A stretch of DNA of 64,000 bases from an uncultured Gammaproteobacteria bacterium (lineage in GTDB: Bacteria > Patescibacteriota > Microgenomatia > Levybacterales > GWA1-39-11): assembly GCA_964427615.1 (NCBI GenBank), contig CAYRUR010000002.1:17847-81846 (forward strand), in the 5' to 3' direction. The position numbers were made by a program, and so were the translations under genes. Numbering within the stretch: position 1 is the first letter of the stretch; each line of letters opens with the position of its first letter. Below, piece after piece: positions 58,321 to 64,000 of this stretch. The notes under the pieces were generated by a model that was given only the letters and a program-made list of their open reading frames with translations, was not told the origin of the DNA and ran no database searches.

Positions 58321-59274
58321 ATGTCGAGAATAGAAAATCCATACACACGAGGTGTAAGCGGATTTGAGATTTCAAGCTCAGGTCATTTATTTGACCCAGA
58401 ACAACTATTTGGCATTGTTAATCAGCTAAATATTAACACTCCTGAAGATAAGCAGCTAAAAATTGAACTCTATGCAACGCATCGGCTGCCTGGAATGGCA
58501 TATATTGAGGATATAAGAAAACGTGCTGGAATAGGACTTCCTATTCCTCCTCAGGTTGATGCTTCCTATGTAAAAGGAATGCAGGAGCAATATCCTCTTG
58601 CAAATGTATCACGAATACATGCACCTTTTACCTATAATACACAAGAGACTTTACAAAAACCCTTTGCTGAGAAAGGAATGGCAAAAGCAAGGAGTGTGCT
58701 ATACGCAGTCATTTTTGGGTCTGCAAAAAATATGCATGCGGTCGATGTAGCTCATGATCTTTCAACACCAGAACACCCAGTAGACCTTAATGCCCATGTT
58801 AATATCATCGAAGGATTTGCAAGGGACAACAGACTTGACGAACTGAGAAATCCTCATGCTCTCTTACTTGTAGAAAATGAAACGGAAAAGTCAGTTAATA
58901 ATGGTATTTCGACTCTAGACCCTCGCTATGTAGTTGAACAGGTAATCCTTCCCCATAATCTTGATGGACTTGTACATGGATATGACCATGACGCCAGTAA
59001 GTTTGCAGAACAGATGACAGACCCTCTTATCCAAAAGCACTTAAAATCTATTCACTTCGCAGATAAGGGACATAAAATGATGAATATTGATGACCCTAGA
59101 ATTGAACAGTTTATGAAAATACTTGCCAATATTCCTTTTGCCAAACCAGTAACTGTAACTTTTGATCTAAATCCTTTAGAAGTGGGCAAATTAACACCAA
59201 GAGCACAATTTGATTACATAAAAAGAGTAACTGAGAAAATGAGAAGGATACAAGAAGAAGAACAGGTTAGATAA
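58321..59274 (+). CDS. Hypothetical protein, possibly xylose-isomerase-like TIM barrel
   Basis: IHAP, LVENE, D.D and IHFAD..H motifs. Confidence 0.6.
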   Translation: MSRIENPYTRGVSGFEISSSGHLFDPEQLFGIVNQLNINTPEDKQLKIELYATHRLPGMAYIEDIRKRAGIGLPIPPQVDASYVKGMQEQYPLANVSRIHAPFTYNTQETLQKPFAEKGMAKARSVLYAVIFGSAKNMHAVDVAHDLSTPEHPVDLNAHVNIIEGFARDNRLDELRNPHALLLVENETEKSVNNGISTLDPRYVVEQVILPHNLDGLVHGYDHDASKFAEQMTDPLIQKHLKSIHFADKGHKMMNIDDPRIEQFMKILANIPFAKPVTVTFDLNPLEVGKLTPRAQFDYIKRVTEKMRRIQEEEQVR

Positions 59275-60375
59275 TTATGCACCTATCTTAAATTCTATAA
59301 CGTCTCCATCCTGCACGATATATTCTTTTCCTTCCAGTCTTGCTTTGCCTAATTCACGAGCTTTTTTGCGACTCCCTGTCTCTATGTAGTCTGCAAATGA
59401 GATAACTTCTGCTTTAATAAATTTTTTAATAAAATCAGTGTGAATTGCTCCTGCTGCATTTTGTGCATTGATTCCTTTTTGAATAGTCCAGGCTTTTACT
59501 TCTTTCTCTCCTGCTGTCAAAAAGGAAATAAGTCCTAGTGTCTCATATGCCTTTGCAATCAGCCTTTCCAAGCCTGATTGCTGAAGTCCCAAATCATCTA
59601 AATACATAGCCTGCTCATCTGGGGTAAGAGCAGAAAGCTCTGCTTCTATTTTGGCACTTACTACTACAAATTTTTCTTTATCTACCCCTAGCCACTCTGC
59701 ATACTGATGTGTTAAATGCTCTATTCTGTCAGGAGTATAGTCAGCTTCTGTAACATTTAATACAATAATTTGTGGTTTTGAGGTGAGTAAAAATAGTTCT
59801 TTTACTCTTTCTCGTTCTTCATCTGTGAGGTCTATTTGGTATGCTGGTGTGCCTCTATTGAGTCCTGTATTTAATTTTTCTACTGCACTTGCCAGGACTT
59901 TATCAGTACGAAATGTTTTTTCATTTATCTTGCCAATTGTCTGCAGATCTGCCAGGATGAGTTCTGTAAGGATAGTCTCGTAGTCACTTCTTGGGTCTAC
60001 TGCACCTTCTTTGATAATATCAGGATCCATGAAGTCGCGCACAACATGGGCAATAACACTTACTTCTCTGATGTGGGATAAAAATTTATTTCCTAACCCT
60101 GCACCCTCTGCTGCACCTTTTACCAGTCCAGCAATATCCACAAATTCGACAGTTGCGTATTTAATAGGTGGTAATGCATTCATGCCCTCCTCTACCTTCG
60201 TAAGCTCTGCCAATTTTTCCAAGCGTACATCAGGAACAGGAACCACACCAACATTTGGCTCAATGGTTGCAAAAGGATAATTAGCAGCCAAAGCTGCTTG
60301 TTTTTTAAGAAGTGCGTTAAAAAGTGTGGATTTACCAACATTTGGTAATCCCACAATTCCTACAGATAAGTTCAT
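59275..60375 (-). CDS. ychF: Obg-like ATPase YchF
   Basis: GLPNVGKSTLFNAL, NYPFATIEPN and DIAGLV motifs. Confidence 0.98.
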   Translation of the reverse strand: MNLSVGIVGLPNVGKSTLFNALLKKQAALAANYPFATIEPNVGVVPVPDVRLEKLAELTKVEEGMNALPPIKYATVEFVDIAGLVKGAAEGAGLGNKFLSHIREVSVIAHVVRDFMDPDIIKEGAVDPRSDYETILTELILADLQTIGKINEKTFRTDKVLASAVEKLNTGLNRGTPAYQIDLTDEERERVKELFLLTSKPQIIVLNVTEADYTPDRIEHLTHQYAEWLGVDKEKFVVVSAKIEAELSALTPDEQAMYLDDLGLQQSGLERLIAKAYETLGLISFLTAGEKEVKAWTIQKGINAQNAAGAIHTDFIKKFIKAEVISFADYIETGSRKKARELGKARLEGKEYIVQDGDVIEFKIGA

Positions 60376-60485
60376 AAAGGAGATTATACCAAGAAATAGT
60401 AATTTATGGAAAAAGAAAAGGCATCAACATAAATTGCCTGAGAGGTGGAAAAATAGAGAAAGATCACCTTTGTTATAATCAAGGA

Positions 60486-61076
60486 ATGATAAAGGCAATT
60501 ATTTTTGATGCAGACGGTGTTTTAATCAACGGAGAAATGTTTAGTGTCCCCCTGGCAAGAGATTACGGAATCTCAACCGATAAGACGCTGCCATTTTTTA
60601 CAGGAGTTTTTAAAGAATGTTTGATCGGTAACGCTGACCTTAAAGAAGCAATACAGCCATTTTTGAAAGAATGGGGTTGGGATAAATCGGTGGATGAATT
60701 CTTGGCTTATTGGTTTAAATCTGAACATAATGTTGACGAAAAATTAGTAATGTTTATACAAAAATTGAGAGAAAAAGGAATTAAATGTTATGTAGCCACA
60801 AACCAAGAAAAATACAGAGTACAGTACATGCTTAATGAGATGGGTTTTTCAAGATCATTTGATAAAGTCTATTCATCCGCTCATTTAGGTCATAAAAAAC
60901 CAAGTGTAGAATTCTATTCGAAAGTGTTTGCAGATTTAAATCTTACTGACAAAAAAGAGGTTTTATTTTGGGATAATACAGGTAAAAATGTAGAATCAGC
61001 AAAAGACTTTGGTATCAATGCTGAACTTTATACTTCCTTTGAAGATTTCGAAAAAAAGATTCAAGATTATCTCTAA
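60486..61076 (+). CDS. HAD family hydrolase
   Basis: FDADGVL, ATN, KP and F.D motifs. Confidence 0.92.
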   Translation: MIKAIIFDADGVLINGEMFSVPLARDYGISTDKTLPFFTGVFKECLIGNADLKEAIQPFLKEWGWDKSVDEFLAYWFKSEHNVDEKLVMFIQKLREKGIKCYVATNQEKYRVQYMLNEMGFSRSFDKVYSSAHLGHKKPSVEFYSKVFADLNLTDKKEVLFWDNTGKNVESAKDFGINAELYTSFEDFEKKIQDYL

Positions 61077-61123
61077 CTCTACTTAATATACTTTCTGAAA
61101 TATATACTATTTCTACGATAAAT

Positions 61124-61828
61124 TTATACTTTAAATTCCTTAGATAATTCTCTTATTCCATCTATAATTAAGCTACAGATAGAGACAGCATCAACATCTG
61201 TGTCCTCTATACAATAAAGCGTCGTAATATCTATTTGTGGATCTAGTCGAGGATCAAGACTTCCACTTATCTTTCCATTCACTATACTAAAATTCTGGTC
61301 TGGTATTCCGTTTATAGTCGTATTGTTTAAGTTTAACTCCTGGCTGACTATGTGAATACTTCCTCCTCCCAAAATAACATTGCTTATTTTTCTTTTCTTT
61401 TGAGGAATTAACCTTCTATGACCTAAATTAGATAATTCTCTCATTGTTTTTATCCATTCTTTACCTGAGTGATACGGTTGATATTTTTCAACTATTGAGA
61501 ACAAATCTGGATAATTTGTTTCTGGATCTTTTAACCCAAACCTTGAGAAATCTGCAACTAATTCGTCTCGTATCTCCCTTACAGGAAACATTACTTGTCG
61601 CTCGAATTTCTTAACCTCATCACTAGATAAATTTGGCACAATCTTCTTATTCCAATACCCAAATAGTATATTGTCTACTAACCGATTTGCCCTTGTAAGT
61701 ATATCTTGAGTGATGTTACGCACTTTTCCAGATACCTCAACACTATCTACCTCTTGTGTACAAAGGTTTTCTAATTCAGTTACCCTTTCAGATAAGTACT
61801 CTATTTGTTCCTTAATATCACTATTCAT
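61124..61828 (-). CDS. Hypothetical protein
   Basis: Long ORF, probable start MNSDIK; RELSNLGHR may be a HEPN-like R..(N)..H motif (weak). Confidence 0.7.
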   Translation of the reverse strand: MNSDIKEQIEYLSERVTELENLCTQEVDSVEVSGKVRNITQDILTRANRLVDNILFGYWNKKIVPNLSSDEVKKFERQVMFPVREIRDELVADFSRFGLKDPETNYPDLFSIVEKYQPYHSGKEWIKTMRELSNLGHRRLIPQKKRKISNVILGGGSIHIVSQELNLNNTTINGIPDQNFSIVNGKISGSLDPRLDPQIDITTLYCIEDTDVDAVSICSLIIDGIRELSKEFKV

Positions 61829-62093
61829 AACTTCTTTAAGTATACTGCATGAACCCAAACTACATAGCTAAGATCACATATAGCACTCTCTAAATAATGA
61901 GTCAATGAAAAGATTATAACAACAAATGGTAATTTATGGGAAAAAGAAATAATGTCAACCTAAATCACTTGGGAAACTAGACATTTCTCCATTTCCCCTC
62001 TTCGAGAGGCTACAGCATCCAAATTTGTGCACTTCAGAGATTATCAATTAGAAGATAAATGAAACTTCAAGAAATATCTGGCTGATTTAAAAC

Positions 62094-63371
62094 TTAAGAT
62101 GAATCCTCCCCCGATTTCTTAATTACTTCCGGCGGTAACATCATCCAACTACCTCTTTTTGCAGGAACTCTTCTAGTCATAGTCATACTGTCGACCGTAT
62201 CAGAGGGTGGTAATAAACCAATCAGAGGTTTCTGCTCATTTTGTTTCCTTTTCAATTCTTCAATTAACCCCTTATCATACTTTTTTTGTCTGCCCCAGCT
62301 TTGTCTGTGTGCTTTAGCGCTTTTGCGCCAAGAGGGTTTAAGGTGCTTATCGTAGAGCTTGCTAACAAGAGTATCCTGGTCATCGGGTGGATAAACAGCA
62401 AATTCCATTAAACCCCTTTCTTTTATCTTTTCTGGCAACTTTGTATAATATTGATTCAGTCTCTTTAAGTCTTCCTTTAAATCTATCCCTATAATAAAAC
62501 TCTGTTCATTTCCTACAAATAGTGGTACTGTCCGTGAGTGGAGTTTATCCGAAGATACAAAAACAGAACAAAATGGCAGATAGTATAAGTAAGAAATATC
62601 TATTTTATTCGAAGGGCGTTCTTTGGCAATCAGACTTTTATGTGCACACAAGTAAAAGAATAAATCTACTTTTAGAACATGAGCGGCATAGGGAGCAAAT
62701 TCCTCAAACGGCATAGGTCTTGTGCTATACCACCTTTTCAAAATAGGTCTTCTTACTTTCTCAGGAACATCAAGTATATTCAGGGCTAGGTGGATCAACT
62801 GGTTATACTTTCCTTTCACAAAACTATCCGCAAATCTTTTAACGTCCGCTAAGTTAGCAAGGCTTGTCTCTGAAGGAACAACACTTCTTGCCTGATCAAT
62901 CAGCGAGTCGAAATTCAGCTCGGTTAGAGATTTTCTCCAATCCTTAGCTACTTTCCGTTCTATTTCTAAAAATTCATACCTTTTCCACCTTTCAAGGGCA
63001 GCTGCTTCTGGAAACTGCTTGAAATCAACACTTATTTTACCCTCGGAAGTTACATTGTATTGACCCCCTCTTACTATTGGACGATGATGAGTAGACATTT
63101 CAACTTTTTCCCCCAGCAAATCATCTATAACCAGCGTTAAGTGAAATATGTTAGGCACAGAGTGCATAATTGGAGTTTTGTTGGCTAGTTCTCCCACAAT
63201 CTCCTCTGACGTACGAGGTACTTTCCCTTTTTTTCTTGCCTTTTCTAAATCTGCCAAAGTCTCAACATAAAAAATTGGCGTTATACTTGCCCAGAAGAAA
63301 TTATCAAACCAAACAGCCTCGTCTAATGTCAGACTCTCTAGGAATGATTTATCAAAAATAGTTGATAACAT
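62094..63371 (-). CDS. Hypothetical protein with PIN-like acidic motif pattern
   Basis: IFDKS...YVETLAD...NKID..Y...FVSSDK. Confidence 0.7.
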   Translation of the reverse strand: MLSTIFDKSFLESLTLDEAVWFDNFFWASITPIFYVETLADLEKARKKGKVPRTSEEIVGELANKTPIMHSVPNIFHLTLVIDDLLGEKVEMSTHHRPIVRGGQYNVTSEGKISVDFKQFPEAAALERWKRYEFLEIERKVAKDWRKSLTELNFDSLIDQARSVVPSETSLANLADVKRFADSFVKGKYNQLIHLALNILDVPEKVRRPILKRWYSTRPMPFEEFAPYAAHVLKVDLFFYLCAHKSLIAKERPSNKIDISYLYYLPFCSVFVSSDKLHSRTVPLFVGNEQSFIIGIDLKEDLKRLNQYYTKLPEKIKERGLMEFAVYPPDDQDTLVSKLYDKHLKPSWRKSAKAHRQSWGRQKKYDKGLIEELKRKQNEQKPLIGLLPPSDTVDSMTMTRRVPAKRGSWMMLPPEVIKKSGEDSS

Positions 63372-63390
63372 AATTACAATTTACTCTTAT

Positions 63391-63416
63391 AAAAACTGCC
63401 CTATCTTAAAGGCAGT
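63391..63416 (-). terminator. Probable intrinsic terminator
   Basis: ACTGCC/GGCAGT stem followed by a T-run on the minus strand, downstream of the 63519 gene. Confidence 0.45.
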
Positions 63417-63518
63417 AGAACTAGTTAATAACAAAACTAATAACAATCCTCTCTAAGTCTCAATTTTATATGCATTAGCACTAGGTCAGCGCGAGTTTTT
63501 GTCCATTTTTAGACAAAT

Positions 63519-63998
63519 TCATTTAATTGTGTAATTACTAAGATTATTTGCCACTAAGATAGCATTCAACTGACCTTTATAGTCACTGTCATGGATAGTT
63601 GAATAAATTTCCTTGTTTTTGCCTATCCAATTCTTATAAGTAGCTTCAATTCTTGGTATACGAATACTTGCAAGCCCAGTTACGCTGTTTGCTTTTTTAA
63701 GAGCTTCTTCCAAATGTGAGAGAGCCTTTTCTACTTCAAGGTTGCCAATTTTCTTAATCGATGGTATTCCGTCTAAAGAAACATTAAATAAACCATCAGC
63801 ACGATTTTCTTGAATCATTTTTTGAGAATACTCAAACCTATCACCATTAAGTGTTCTATACAACACCTTGACGTTGATATCCTGTTTCCTCTTCGTAAAT
63901 AAATTGCTAGGGAAATTTAAACCCTTAAGAAGTAGGAGCTTGGTAAATTGTCTGTTGATATTGTTGACAGTATCGTTTATTTGAATACTTTCAACGAT
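63519..63998 (-). CDS. Hypothetical protein, 5' end outside the window
   Basis: The frame stays open from 63866 to the window edge. Confidence 0.65.
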   Translation of the reverse strand: MVESIQINDTVNNINRQFTKLLLLKGLNFPSNLFTKRKQDINVKVLYRTLNGDRFEYSQKMIQENRADGLFNVSLDGIPSIKKIGNLEVEKALSHLEEALKKANSVTGLASIRIPRIEATYKNWIGKNKEIYSTIHDSDYKGQLNAILVANNLSNYTIK

Positions 63999-64000
63999 AA

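Noticed and set aside
61975-62090. Possible pseudogene fragment
   Set aside because: Looks coding-like on the minus strand but has several stops and no recognisable homology by eye.
1-64000. Alternative genetic code (stop-codon reassignment) in phage or host
   Set aside because: Long ORFs tile the window under the standard code, and TGA, TAG and TAA all end recognisable genes at expected positions.

Overview
AT-rich bacterial window, inferred from gene content to be Patescibacteria/CPR (Microgenomates-like), standard genetic code. Bases 1 to ~17.9 kb are the right part of a podovirus-like prophage: tail adaptor and nozzle, three opposite-strand morons, ejection proteins including a 1903-aa polyvalent protein, tail fibres, holin/amidase lysis genes, an HNH gene and a 1.25-kb non-coding end. 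From ~18.3 to 60.4 kb is host chromosome (yebC, efp, pepA, treS, dnaB, cysS, rpsF-ssb-rpsR, hisS, rpmE-prfA, proS, prs, dnaX, ybeY, rpsU, ychF, tRNA-Leu, tRNA-Ala). Accessory genes follow to the window end. The strongest unexplained signal is inside the polyvalent virion gene, just after a PBECR-like nuclease domain: two tandem antisense units, each with its own extended -10 promoter. One is a 45-aa leaderless transmembrane-peptide ORF and the other a ~76-nt structured RNA ending in a U-tract. The second signal is a four-helix-bundle gene bracketed by inverted 7-mer arrays, with gene-less mosaics of 7-mer tracts and REP-like hairpins in at least nine intergenic regions. Many host genes show leaderless promoter geometry. 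All family assignments come from motif recognition by eye; no searches were run.
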